64,000 bases of DNA from Polyangiales bacterium. GTDB lineage: Bacteria > Myxococcota_A > Polyangia > Polyangiales > Ga0077539. The notes beneath the pieces are model-generated. The model made no database searches, had not been told where the DNA came from, and saw only the letters and a program-made list of their open reading frames with translations. A program made the translations under genes and the position numbers. Positions 25,015 to 34,153 of the stretch are shown in pieces. Each line of letters starts with the position of its first letter. Positions within the stretch are counted from its first letter, which is position 1. Where the stretch lies: contig JBGARZ010000001.1 of assembly GCA_044229975.1 (NCBI GenBank), positions 896,001 to 960,000 of the forward strand, given 5' to 3'.

Positions 25015-25985
25015 GGGCGCGACCGCTCGCCCTCGCCCTCGTCACGATCGCCGCTCCCGTTGCGGCGCAGGAGACGCCCGAGGAGACCGCCCGTCGCGAG
25101 CTCATCGCGCAGGCCGAGCAGAGCGCCACGGCTGCCGACCACGCCCGCGCGCTGGAGCTCGCCCGCCGTGCTTCGGCCATCCGCCCGTCCCCGTCGCTCA
25201 CGTGCTTCCTCGCCCGTGAGCACCGCGCGCTCGACCAGCTCGTCGAGGCCCTCGACCTCGCCCGCGCCAGCATCCGCGCCGTCGACGCCGACCTCACGCT
25301 CCGCAACCGCGACACCATCCGTCAGGCGTGTGAGGCCGTTCGCGCGAGCGTCGAGCCACGCCTTGGCCGCCTGGAGGTCTCCGTCGTCGGCGGGGCGACC
25401 GATGCCCTCGTCGTGCGCCTCGACGGCCGCGCGCTGTTGCCCGAGCTGCGTGGCGTGGCGATGCCCGCGATGCCGGGTGAGCACCGCGTCGAGGTCGAAG
25501 CGCCAGGCTTTCTCCGCGCGACTCGAACGGGCGTCGTGAGCGCGGGTGAGCTCCTCCGCGTCGAAGTTCACCTCGAACGCGAACTCCCGCCACCACCTCC
25601 CGCTCCCCTCACCGTGCTGCCAGGGGTCATCGCGCCGCCCTCCCACCGGGTGCGACGCGCCATCGGCCCGGGTCCGTGGATCATCGGCGGCGCCGGCATC
25701 GCAGGCGTGATCTTCGCGGGCATCAGCTATGAGCTCGCGACGAGCGCCCAGTCGGAGCGCGACGCCGCCTGCTTCGCCGACGGCACCTGTCGCCCCGAGG
25801 CGGTGCCCCTCGACGCTCGCTACGTCGACTGGCTCGCGGCCACCAACGCCGCGTCCGTGGCGGGCGGCGCGCTGCTGGGCGGAGCGGTCGTCTGGTACCT
25901 CGTGGCGCGGCTCACGGGCACCTCCGAGGCGGCCCCGCGGCCCACCTTCACCGCTGGGCGTCTGGGTGTCAGCGTTGCGTTCTAG
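25011..25985 (+). CDS. Secreted TPR + PEGA-like protein
   Basis: GTGA overlap with the kinase; signal peptide ending VAA; helical TPR-like N-part; LDG...PGEHRVEVEAPGF; C-terminal Phe. Confidence 0.75.
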   Translation: MRARPLALALVTIAAPVAAQETPEETARRELIAQAEQSATAADHARALELARRASAIRPSPSLTCFLAREHRALDQLVEALDLARASIRAVDADLTLRNRDTIRQACEAVRASVEPRLGRLEVSVVGGATDALVVRLDGRALLPELRGVAMPAMPGEHRVEVEAPGFLRATRTGVVSAGELLRVEVHLERELPPPPPAPLTVLPGVIAPPSHRVRRAIGPGPWIIGGAGIAGVIFAGISYELATSAQSERDAACFADGTCRPEAVPLDARYVDWLAATNAASVAGGALLGGAVVWYLVARLTGTSEAAPRPTFTAGRLGVSVAF

Positions 25986-28191
25986 CGCGCTGCTCGCGCT
26001 GCTCGTCGCGCTCGTGGGCTGCACCCGCGACGAGTGGCGTTTCCGTCCGATCGTCGATGCCGCGGCGCCCGGCGACGTCGTCGACGCCGCCGCGGACGTT
26101 GCGGTCGCCGACGTGCCCGCCATCGACACACCGCAGGCATCGGGGCGCGTCGTGCAGTTCGTCACCGCGGCGCGCATCACCTACGCCGTGCGCGACGATG
26201 GGCTCGTCTTCGCCGCGGGCGAAGGCGCTGGCGCCTTCGAGGGCTACGAGGGAACCCACCGCAACACCTTCGTCGCCATCCGCGGGCTCACCGACGTCGC
26301 CGAGGTGTCGAGCGCCTCGCAGTCGCCCCACGTCGTGTGCGCGCGTCACGCCGACGGAACCGTGACCTGCAAGGACGGCAGCACCGACCCGATCGCCGTC
26401 GACGGCGTTCGCGCGCGACGCATCGCCGGTCGCTGCGCCCTGCTCACCGACGGCGGCGTCGCCTGCTGGGACCTCGCGCAGTTTCGCGCCGCGCCCGTCG
26501 ACCTCACCGACGTCGTCGCCCTCGCGGGCAACGGCAGCCTCCACTGCGCCCTGCGCCGCGGCGGAACGGTCTGGTGCTGGGGCGAGGTCGGCGCCGTGCT
26601 CGACGTCCCCGCGACCACCCGCACCACGACGGCACCCGTGATGGTCCCGGGCATCACGACGGCCACGTCCCTCGCGGTCGGCCGCTTGAGCGCGTGCGCC
26701 GTCGTCGACCTCGGCGCGGTGGTCTGCTGGGGTCGACGCTCCATCATCAACGGCGGGCCCGACGCCAACACCGAACGCCCGATCGCGATCACGGGCGCGC
26801 GCGGCGTTCGGACCCTGACGCCCAACTCCGCACTCACCGAGCGGGGCGAGGTTCTCACCTGGGGCGGCGCCCACGGAACGCGCGGCGACGGCACCTACGG
26901 CGCGGCGCCGACGGCCTTCGTCGCACCGGGCGTCACGGCGCGCGCCATCGCCGAAGGTGACGGAGAGCTCCGGGTCTGCACCATCGACGAGGAGGGTCAC
27001 GGGTCGTGCTGGGGCGAGGACTTCGTCGGCGAGCTCGGCGTCGGTGGTGGCATCGAGCTCCACCCCCTCCCCGTGCTCGCGCACCCCGAAGACCCTGCCG
27101 ACCCCGCCAGCCTCGACGACGTCGTCGACACGATGCTCTCGGGCGAGGCGCAGTGTGCGCTCCTCGGCGACGGGTCGGTGCGCTGCTGGGGCTGTCCCGC
27201 GCACGGCACGACCGGCGCCGGGGTCATCGCGTCGTGGCCCTCGTGGCAGCCCACGCCCACGCCCGTCGCGGGCCTCACGGACGTCACCGCCCTCGTCAGC
27301 TTCGGCTCGACGCAGAACGAGACCTTCGGCGCGCTCCTCCGCGACGGCACGGTGCGCCTGTGGGGCCAGGGGATGGCCGGAGCCCTTGGCAACGGCGGCG
27401 TCATCTCTCGCGCGCGACCGGGTGCGCCCGACGGCCTCGCCGACGTCGCCCGCCTCGTCATGGGCGAGTACCACGCGTGCGCGATCGCCCGCGACGCCAC
27501 GGTGTCGTGCTGGGGCATCGGCACATCCGGGCAGCTCGGCGACGGCAGCACGTCGAGCTCGTCGCGACCCGTTCCGGTCGCGCGCCTCACCGACGTCGTC
27601 GACCTCGCGCTCGGCACCGACGTGTCCGTGGCGCTACGCCGCGACGGCTCGATGCACCTGTGGGGGCGCTCGCAGTGGCTGCTCTCCACGTCGACGCTCA
27701 ACCCTTCGCCCATCGCGCTGCCGACCCTGCCCGACGTGGTGGAGCTCGCCATCCTGACGCCGCACAACTTCCGCCAGCTCTGCGCGCGCCGCAGCGACGG
27801 TCATGTGAGCTGCCTCGGTGCGAACCTCCCCTCCGCCGACCGCTGGTTCGACCTCGGGCTGGAGGGCGTCACGCAGATCTCGGCGAGCGCGTCGGGCACC
27901 GGCTGTGCGCGCCACGCGGATGGTGGCGTCTCGTGCTGGGGAATCAACCGCAACGGCGAGCTCGGCGACGCGCGCGTCTCGCAAGCCGACGGCTACCATC
28001 CTCCGCAGCGGGTGCTGCTCACGGGCGACACCCCGCTCGACCGCGTCACCCGCGTACGCGCCGGCATCGGCAACGTCTGCGCGGTGCGCGACGACCACAC
28101 GCTGTGGTGCTGGGGCGCGGTGAACCACGGCGTCACGGGCCGCGGCCGCGCCATCGTCTCGCCCCTCCCCCGCCGGGTGCTCGGTCTCTGA
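25975..28191 (+). CDS. RCC1/BLIP-II repeat lipoprotein
   Basis: LVGC lipobox; many DG.V.CWG...G.LG repeats. Start (TTG 25975 or GTG 25966) uncertain. Confidence 0.85.
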   Translation: MRSSALLALLVALVGCTRDEWRFRPIVDAAAPGDVVDAAADVAVADVPAIDTPQASGRVVQFVTAARITYAVRDDGLVFAAGEGAGAFEGYEGTHRNTFVAIRGLTDVAEVSSASQSPHVVCARHADGTVTCKDGSTDPIAVDGVRARRIAGRCALLTDGGVACWDLAQFRAAPVDLTDVVALAGNGSLHCALRRGGTVWCWGEVGAVLDVPATTRTTTAPVMVPGITTATSLAVGRLSACAVVDLGAVVCWGRRSIINGGPDANTERPIAITGARGVRTLTPNSALTERGEVLTWGGAHGTRGDGTYGAAPTAFVAPGVTARAIAEGDGELRVCTIDEEGHGSCWGEDFVGELGVGGGIELHPLPVLAHPEDPADPASLDDVVDTMLSGEAQCALLGDGSVRCWGCPAHGTTGAGVIASWPSWQPTPTPVAGLTDVTALVSFGSTQNETFGALLRDGTVRLWGQGMAGALGNGGVISRARPGAPDGLADVARLVMGEYHACAIARDATVSCWGIGTSGQLGDGSTSSSSRPVPVARLTDVVDLALGTDVSVALRRDGSMHLWGRSQWLLSTSTLNPSPIALPTLPDVVELAILTPHNFRQLCARRSDGHVSCLGANLPSADRWFDLGLEGVTQISASASGTGCARHADGGVSCWGINRNGELGDARVSQADGYHPPQRVLLTGDTPLDRVTRVRAGIGNVCAVRDDHTLWCWGAVNHGVTGRGRAIVSPLPRRVLGL

Positions 28192-28194
28192 CCG

Positions 28195-29190
28195 TCAGCT
28201 CTGCGGAACCATCGCGACGTCCGCCCCCTCCGCGAGGCGGAAGCGCACGCCGCCGTCGTAGCGGTCGAGCAGCGCGCCGCCGTCGATGTCCGCGCGCACG
28301 AGGTCTTTGCGGGTGCGAAAGACCAGCGTGTTGAGCTCGACGCGGCCGCCCTGCTTGCCGCCCGGCCACACCCGCGGGATGAGCACCTCGTCGGGCACGA
28401 GATCACCCGCCGCGTGCGGTGCCGGAGGGAAGAGCAGCGTCGCCACGAGGTCGCAGCGTCGATCGGCGAGCCAGAGCGTTCGCTCCCACGAACCGTAGCC
28501 CACGGTCAGTCGCCCGCCGCGCGGAAGAAATTCCAACCGTGCCGCCCGCGGCAGCTCGACCCCCGACTCCGGGGCTGTCGCGGTCTCAGGCCCCGTCGAC
28601 GCCGACACCAGCCGAAGCGATTGACCGAGGTGACGCACCACGGTGCCCGAGCGCACGGCCACCACCGCGGCCTCCTGCAGCGGGCCGTCGCAGTCCACCC
28701 CCGCGACCCCCGTCTCCATCACCAGCGCACGCTGCACCAACGAAAACGTCAGCGCCGCCGCTGCCCATCCGGGGATGTGCAGGTCGTCGCGCTCGTCGCC
28801 GCCCACCGTGAAGGGGCTCTCCGCGATGCGATAGAACGCCCCCGCCGCCGACTCGACGCCCCACACACAATCCGCGCGAACGACCTTCGGCGCCGGCGTG
28901 CTCACCACGCGAAAGGCCCGCCCGCACACCGCGAGCCCGTCGCCATCTCGCAGCGTCGCGACGGTCTGCACGGGCGCGTCGTTGACCCGCACCGGCGCGC
29001 GTCCGAGCACCATGAGCTCGACGCCGTCATCCACCGGTCGCAGCAGGAGCTGATGTCGGCTGACCCGCGAGTCGGGCAACACCACCTCGCAGTCGGTGCT
29101 GCGCCCGAGGAGCAGCCCGCCGTGCCGGACGAGCACCCGGCCGAGGTCACCCTGGAGCCAGTACTGGCGGGCCTGGTCGCGTTCGCGCAT
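28195..29190 (-). CDS. FHA-domain protein with a second degenerate FHA and C-terminal OmpR-like winged helix
   Basis: LLLGRSTDCEVVLPDSRVSRHQ; FTVGGDERDDLHI; LVPDEVLIPRVWPG...LNTLVFRTRKDL. Confidence 0.75.
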   Translation of the reverse strand: MRERDQARQYWLQGDLGRVLVRHGGLLLGRSTDCEVVLPDSRVSRHQLLLRPVDDGVELMVLGRAPVRVNDAPVQTVATLRDGDGLAVCGRAFRVVSTPAPKVVRADCVWGVESAAGAFYRIAESPFTVGGDERDDLHIPGWAAAALTFSLVQRALVMETGVAGVDCDGPLQEAAVVAVRSGTVVRHLGQSLRLVSASTGPETATAPESGVELPRAARLEFLPRGGRLTVGYGSWERTLWLADRRCDLVATLLFPPAPHAAGDLVPDEVLIPRVWPGGKQGGRVELNTLVFRTRKDLVRADIDGGALLDRYDGGVRFRLAEGADVAMVPQS

Positions 29191-29213
29191 CGCCAAGCGA
29201 TATCAACCGACGG

Positions 29214-30761
29214 TCAGTAGTGCACGCCCGACGCGATCTGCCGCGAGCCCGGGAACCCGGTGCCCGCCCACACGCCGTCGAGGAGGTCCATGGCGAGTCC
29301 CCAGCGACGCACGGCCGTCCGACCGCGCGCCCCGTCGAGGTCGTAGCGCACATCGCGCAGCGACGTGATGACCGCGGGCCGGAAGAACATCGCGTGTGCC
29401 AGCTTCACGCGGAAGAAGTCCTCGGGAGAGACCAGCGCGTCACGGTCGAGTCCGCGCACTGGTCCCTCCATGGGCATCGCCTGGCGCAGACGCCACGGCA
29501 TCTTCTCCAACGCGATGGCCGCGAAGCTATGGTGATCGGCCGTGTGGAAGGTCGACACCGTGCAGAGGTACGTCGCCACGGCGCGCGCGAGCACACCGCC
29601 CCGCGCGATGGCGCCGCCGTCGGGGTAGCCCGGCAGCCACGCGGCGATGTGGTCGGCCCAGGCGCGCACGTGCACGTCGTCCGCGGCGACGCCGTCGAGC
29701 GCCTCGGCGACGAAGCCCGTCCACGCCTGCAACCACACCTGACGAAAGCGCCCGTACGAAACATGCGCTCCGGTGAAGAGGTCGCCGAAGCGCCACGCGG
29801 GCCACGCCGGGTTGCGCGCGACGCCCTGTCGACCGGCGACCACCATGCGGTGCATCCCCTCGGTGGTGTACGGGAAGGGGTTGTAGAGCTCGCGCTGCGA
29901 GTTGTGGATGCTCGATCGTCGGTGATGGATCACCGACTCGTGGAGCCCGAGGGTGAAGCGGGTGTGGGGTTCGATGAGCCGCCGTACCGGGTGACGCCGC
30001 GGGAGCACGGAGCGCGTGACGGCGTTGATGACGTCGGCCGGGAAGTGCAGCCGCGGATGCGCCGCCGTGACAAGGCGCACCTGCGCCGATTGCAGCGCGT
30101 ACCAGCGAGCGAGCCGCCACGCGTCGCCCTCGTCGGGCGTGACGATGCGCGCGTGCACCCGGATGGCCGCGACGGACCACGGGTCGCCCTCGCGGCGCAG
30201 CAGCACGACCACGGGCGCGGTGTGGACGCCCGGCAGCAGCTCGTCGAGCGCCGCGACGCTGAAGTCCATCGTGGCGTACACGCCGGGTGAGCGCGCCATC
30301 AGCGGATGGAAGTCCTCGCTCGGGGCGCACTCGTCGGCGAGCGCGACAAACTGCCCGAAGCTCGTGGTGGTGAGCAGCGAGGCGAGCTCGCCGTCGTCGA
30401 CGTCGACGAGTCGTGGCCCGCGCAGGGCCTGCGACGCCGCGGCGGGCACCTCGCTGACCATCTGCCGCAGGTAGCGCGAGACGATGAAGCGCACGTAGTC
30501 GACCCGATCGCCCGCCGGGACATTGAGCACCGGCGCATAGAACTCCGGGTCGATGACCGGCTCCTGCGGCCACGGCCCTCGCACGCCCCGCGGGTGCCGC
30601 GGAGCAGGCGCGTCGATGCGCCCCGCGCCCCAGGGCATCGGGCTGAGGCGCGGCGAGTCGGTCCACGTGGTGGGGGCGCGGAGGAGCGACCCCATGAGGG
30701 AGAGCGCGTCGTCGGAGGCCGGGCTGTCGGGTGCGGTGGTGGTGCGGGCGGGGGCGTTCAT
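29214..30761 (-). CDS. Divergent lipoxygenase-like protein
   Basis: WRLAR, HPRLH-x17-HP...-x8-H (RRHPVRRLIEPHTRFTL), STFHTADH, C-terminal IASGVHY map onto the LOX metal-binding landmarks. Confidence 0.75.
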   Translation of the reverse strand: MNAPARTTTAPDSPASDDALSLMGSLLRAPTTWTDSPRLSPMPWGAGRIDAPAPRHPRGVRGPWPQEPVIDPEFYAPVLNVPAGDRVDYVRFIVSRYLRQMVSEVPAAASQALRGPRLVDVDDGELASLLTTTSFGQFVALADECAPSEDFHPLMARSPGVYATMDFSVAALDELLPGVHTAPVVVLLRREGDPWSVAAIRVHARIVTPDEGDAWRLARWYALQSAQVRLVTAAHPRLHFPADVINAVTRSVLPRRHPVRRLIEPHTRFTLGLHESVIHHRRSSIHNSQRELYNPFPYTTEGMHRMVVAGRQGVARNPAWPAWRFGDLFTGAHVSYGRFRQVWLQAWTGFVAEALDGVAADDVHVRAWADHIAAWLPGYPDGGAIARGGVLARAVATYLCTVSTFHTADHHSFAAIALEKMPWRLRQAMPMEGPVRGLDRDALVSPEDFFRVKLAHAMFFRPAVITSLRDVRYDLDGARGRTAVRRWGLAMDLLDGVWAGTGFPGSRQIASGVHY

Positions 30762-30827
30762 CGGTCCTCCGGGAGCGTCGGTGACTGCGGGGAGTCACTT
30801 CGCACCTGGCGGGCCGCGCGGCCGATG

Positions 30828-31613
30828 TCAGCCGATATCAACCACCGACTGGCGGCCCTTCACGCGCGAGATCACGCGCCCCACGAAGAAGGGCCCCATG
30901 CGGTCCATGAACTCGCCCGTCTGGCGGGTCTTCCGCATCGACTGGATGACGTGCGAGAGCGGGTGCAGCTCCTTGCCGACGAGCCCGATGACGAAGTCGT
31001 TGTCGTTGCTGTCGAGGCCGTGGCAGGCGAGGCGGATGTCGTGCGCCAGGTCCTTCTCCCCGTACGCGCGGCCGATGGTCCCGTGCTCGCGGAGGATGGC
31101 GCCCTGCTCCTTCGGATCGAGCCGACTGAAGGCCCCGGTGCGCTTGAGCGGGTACCACACCGCCCAGTCCCAGCCCTCGTGCATCACGGTGTCGCGCGGC
31201 CGATCGAGCAGCCAGTGGGTGAGGTCGCTCTCGTACCCGGTGCTGTACGTTCGCCCGAACATCGAGAACTCCGGCCGCGACCGCCACGGCGCCACGTCCG
31301 TCGCGCGGTTGCACTCGCGCACGATGTCGTGGACGCGGGTCACGAAGTGCGCCGGGTCTTCGCTGAAGGTGAGCAACCCGAGGCCCTGCGGGTGGTTGGC
31401 GTCGGCGTAGAGCACCGCCGGCACGCCGCCCAGGGTCAGCGCCTCTTCGAGCTGGTGCAACGCCGCGTCGAAGTTGGACGGGTGCTCGAACACTAGGAGC
31501 TGCATGAAAAGTCGCCGGTTGCTCACCTGCGGGACGCCGTCCTTGGGCGCTCCCCGCTCGCTCACGTCCACCGCCGGGAGATCGCCTGGGCCGTGCTTCG
31601 TCGCGTCGCTCAT
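30828..31613 (-). CDS. Chlorite dismutase / coproheme decarboxylase (Cld/ChdC) family heme protein
   Basis: VWYPLKR...EQGAILREHGTIGRAY, GLD..DFVI, MRKT, GPFFVG. Confidence 0.85.
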   Translation of the reverse strand: MSDATKHGPGDLPAVDVSERGAPKDGVPQVSNRRLFMQLLVFEHPSNFDAALHQLEEALTLGGVPAVLYADANHPQGLGLLTFSEDPAHFVTRVHDIVRECNRATDVAPWRSRPEFSMFGRTYSTGYESDLTHWLLDRPRDTVMHEGWDWAVWYPLKRTGAFSRLDPKEQGAILREHGTIGRAYGEKDLAHDIRLACHGLDSNDNDFVIGLVGKELHPLSHVIQSMRKTRQTGEFMDRMGPFFVGRVISRVKGRQSVVDIG

Positions 31614-31661
31614 CGCGCGCTACATCCCACGCCGACGCGCGGGCGGGCAAGCGCACCGATG

Positions 31662-32414
31662 TCAGGAGGCGGACGAACGGGCGGTCGACGCGCGTTCACG
31701 GTCTTCGCTCACGCAGAGCGCGAGGTAGAGGCAGTCGAAGACGAAGATCATCGTGTAGAGGAAGTACGTGAACGAATACGTCGTGGGCTCGACGACGTGC
31801 GGATGCGTGCGGAGGTGGCCGTCGACAAACTGCGCGGGCCACCACGTCGCGAGGAAGAACGACCCGGCGAGCGTCCCGATGAGCTTGAGCCACGCGACGT
31901 GGGTGGAGAGCCCGACGCGCCCCGGCCGCGAGAGGTGGAAGAGCGGGTACGCGATGCTCATGACGAGGTTCATGGACATCGACGAGGTGACGCCCTTGAG
32001 GTCATTGAAGTAGAGCGTGAACGTGTAGAGCGCCCCGGCTGCGGTGCCGAGCGAGAGGGCGAGCAGCGGATAGAACCAGCGCTCCAGCAGCGGCACCACC
32101 TGCGCCGCCTTCCCGTAGCGGAACAGCTGGTAGAGGATGACCACGTCGAAGACGAACCAGAGGCGGTTGCCGTAGTGGAAGAACCAGTGCAGCCGCGCGT
32201 CGGTGAGCTCGAAGGAGTAGATGGCCTCCCACACCACGTTGAGCACGATGCACGGCCACGGGAGCCCGTAGGTCTTCTCCTTGAATCCCCGGTAGATGAT
32301 GATGGCGTAGGCCGCCGTCCAGCCGAGGTACATCACCGCCCCGATGGCGACCTGCAACGGGGAGAACCCCGGCTGCCGCATGAGTTCGTCCCAGATGCGT
32401 TCCATGCGAGGCAT
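31662..32414 (-). CDS. Pyr4/PaxB-like integral-membrane terpene cyclase homolog
   Basis: WTAAYAIIIYRGFKEKTYGLP...LNVVWE (catalytic Glu position), WFVFDV, WLKLIGT, FVFDCLY (second acidic residue); about 7 TM. Confidence 0.75.
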   Translation of the reverse strand: MPRMERIWDELMRQPGFSPLQVAIGAVMYLGWTAAYAIIIYRGFKEKTYGLPWPCIVLNVVWEAIYSFELTDARLHWFFHYGNRLWFVFDVVILYQLFRYGKAAQVVPLLERWFYPLLALSLGTAAGALYTFTLYFNDLKGVTSSMSMNLVMSIAYPLFHLSRPGRVGLSTHVAWLKLIGTLAGSFFLATWWPAQFVDGHLRTHPHVVEPTTYSFTYFLYTMIFVFDCLYLALCVSEDRERASTARSSAS

Positions 32415-32452
32415 CTTCGCCCCCGCGCAGGGTTAGCGTCCACGGTTCTCCC

Positions 32453-32803
32453 GTGAGGCTGCACCACCTCGCGCTGCGCACGGCCGACCCGACCGCCCTC
32501 GCCCGTTGGTACGCCGCGCTCTTCCTCCTGCCGACGCTCCGTGAGCAGCCCGGCTACTCGGTGTGGCTGTCGCTCGACGGCGCTGCCCTGATGATCGAGC
32601 GCGCCTCAACCAACGAGCCCACGGTGCCCGTCGGGTCGATGGAGTTCTTCGCGCTGAGGGTGACGCCGGACGATCGCGACGCCTTCGTCGCGCGCTGCCT
32701 CTCGCTGGCGGTGCCCATCGAGCACCGCACGGAGTTCACGGTCTACGTGCGCGACCCCGACGGCCGCCGCGTGGGCGTCTCGTGCTTCGACGGCTTCCCT
32801 TGA
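32453..32803 (+). CDS. VOC/glyoxalase family protein
   Basis: LHHLALRTAD...WY; VYVRDPDGRRV. Confidence 0.85.
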   Translation: MRLHHLALRTADPTALARWYAALFLLPTLREQPGYSVWLSLDGAALMIERASTNEPTVPVGSMEFFALRVTPDDRDAFVARCLSLAVPIEHRTEFTVYVRDPDGRRVGVSCFDGFP

Positions 32804-32832
32804 AAGCACCGCTGCGGTAGACCGCCCGGCCT

Positions 32833-34152
32833 ATGGCACACGTCACCGTATTGGGCGCCGGACTCGTGGCAGGGCCCGTGGTCAGGCACATCCTCGAAGC
32901 GTCGTCGCACACCGTCACGGTGGCGGCCCGCTCCATCGACCGCGCCAATGAACTGGTGCGCGGCCACGACCGCGGCAGCGCGGCGGCCTTCGACATCGAC
33001 GACGCCGACGCGCTCGACCGCCTCGCCGCCAAGAGCGACGTGATGGTCTCGATGCTCCCGTACCTGCACCATGTGAAGGTCGCCGAGCGCTGCATCGCGC
33101 ACGGCCACCACCTCGTCACGACGTCGTACGTGTCGCCCGCGATGCGCGCCCTCCACGACCGCGCGCAGGCCGCGGGCGTGGTGCTCCTCAACGAGCTCGG
33201 CCTCGACCCGGGCATCGACCACATGTCCGCGATGAAGATCATCCACGGCATCCGCGCGGCGGGCGGGAAGGTCACCTCCTTCCGCTCGTACTGCGGCGGG
33301 CTCCCGGCGCCGGAGGCCAACGACAACCCCTTCGGGTACAAGTTCTCGTGGTCGCCGCGCGGCGTGGTGCTCGCCGCCCGCAACGCCGCGAAGTACCTCC
33401 GCGACGGCGTCGAGGTGGTCATCCCGGGCCCGGAGCTCTTCGCCAATCCAGAGCGCGTCGTCGTCGAAGGGGCGGGCACCTTCGAGGGCTATCCCAACCG
33501 CGACTCCACCGCCTACGTCGCCACCTACGACGTCGCCGGCGTGCAGACGATGTTTCGCGGAACGCTGCGCAACCTCGGCCACTGCGAGACCTGGAAGGCG
33601 ATGGCCGATGTCGGCCTCTTCGACGACGGCACGCGCAGCTACGACAGCGCCACCTTCCGCGGCGTGCTCGCGGCCCTCGCGGGTGTGCCGGTCGACGGTG
33701 ACGTCGAGGGCGCCATCGCCGCCAAGGCCCGCGTCGCCAAGGACAGCGCGCCCATCGCCAAGCTCACCTGGCTGGGGATGTTCGATCGCACCGCACTGCC
33801 CGAGGCCAACCTCTCTCCGCTCGACGCCCTCGTCACGCGCATGCTGGAGAAGCTCCAGTACAAGCCCGGCGAGCGCGACATGATCGCCCTCCAACACGAG
33901 TTCATCGCCGAGTACCCCGACCGCAAGGAGTTCCTGCGCTCGACGCTGGTGGACTTCGGCGTGCCCGGCGGCGAGACCGCGATGTCGCGCACCGTGGGCC
34001 TGCCCGCGGCCATCGGCGTGCTCCGCGTCCTCGACGGAACCATCCGCGACCGCGGCGTCGTCGTGCCCGTCACCCCGGAGGTCTACAACCCGATCCTCGA
34101 CGAGCTCGAAGGCGCGGGCATCCGCTTCCGCGAAGAGCGCCGCCCCGCCTGA
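32833..34152 (+). CDS. Saccharopine dehydrogenase (NADP+, L-glutamate-forming) family
   Basis: LGAGLV, VTTSYVSPAM, NELGLDPGIDHM, SYCGGLP, YKFSWSPRG, YPNRDS, RGTLR, TAMSRTVG. Confidence 0.93.
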   Translation: MAHVTVLGAGLVAGPVVRHILEASSHTVTVAARSIDRANELVRGHDRGSAAAFDIDDADALDRLAAKSDVMVSMLPYLHHVKVAERCIAHGHHLVTTSYVSPAMRALHDRAQAAGVVLLNELGLDPGIDHMSAMKIIHGIRAAGGKVTSFRSYCGGLPAPEANDNPFGYKFSWSPRGVVLAARNAAKYLRDGVEVVIPGPELFANPERVVVEGAGTFEGYPNRDSTAYVATYDVAGVQTMFRGTLRNLGHCETWKAMADVGLFDDGTRSYDSATFRGVLAALAGVPVDGDVEGAIAAKARVAKDSAPIAKLTWLGMFDRTALPEANLSPLDALVTRMLEKLQYKPGERDMIALQHEFIAEYPDRKEFLRSTLVDFGVPGGETAMSRTVGLPAAIGVLRVLDGTIRDRGVVVPVTPEVYNPILDELEGAGIRFREERRPA

Positions 34153-34153
34153 G

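Noticed and set aside
30828..31613. Bona fide chlorite dismutase (perchlorate respiration)
   Set aside because: No signal peptide or reductase genes nearby; it cannot be distinguished from ChdC/Cld-like proteins by eye.
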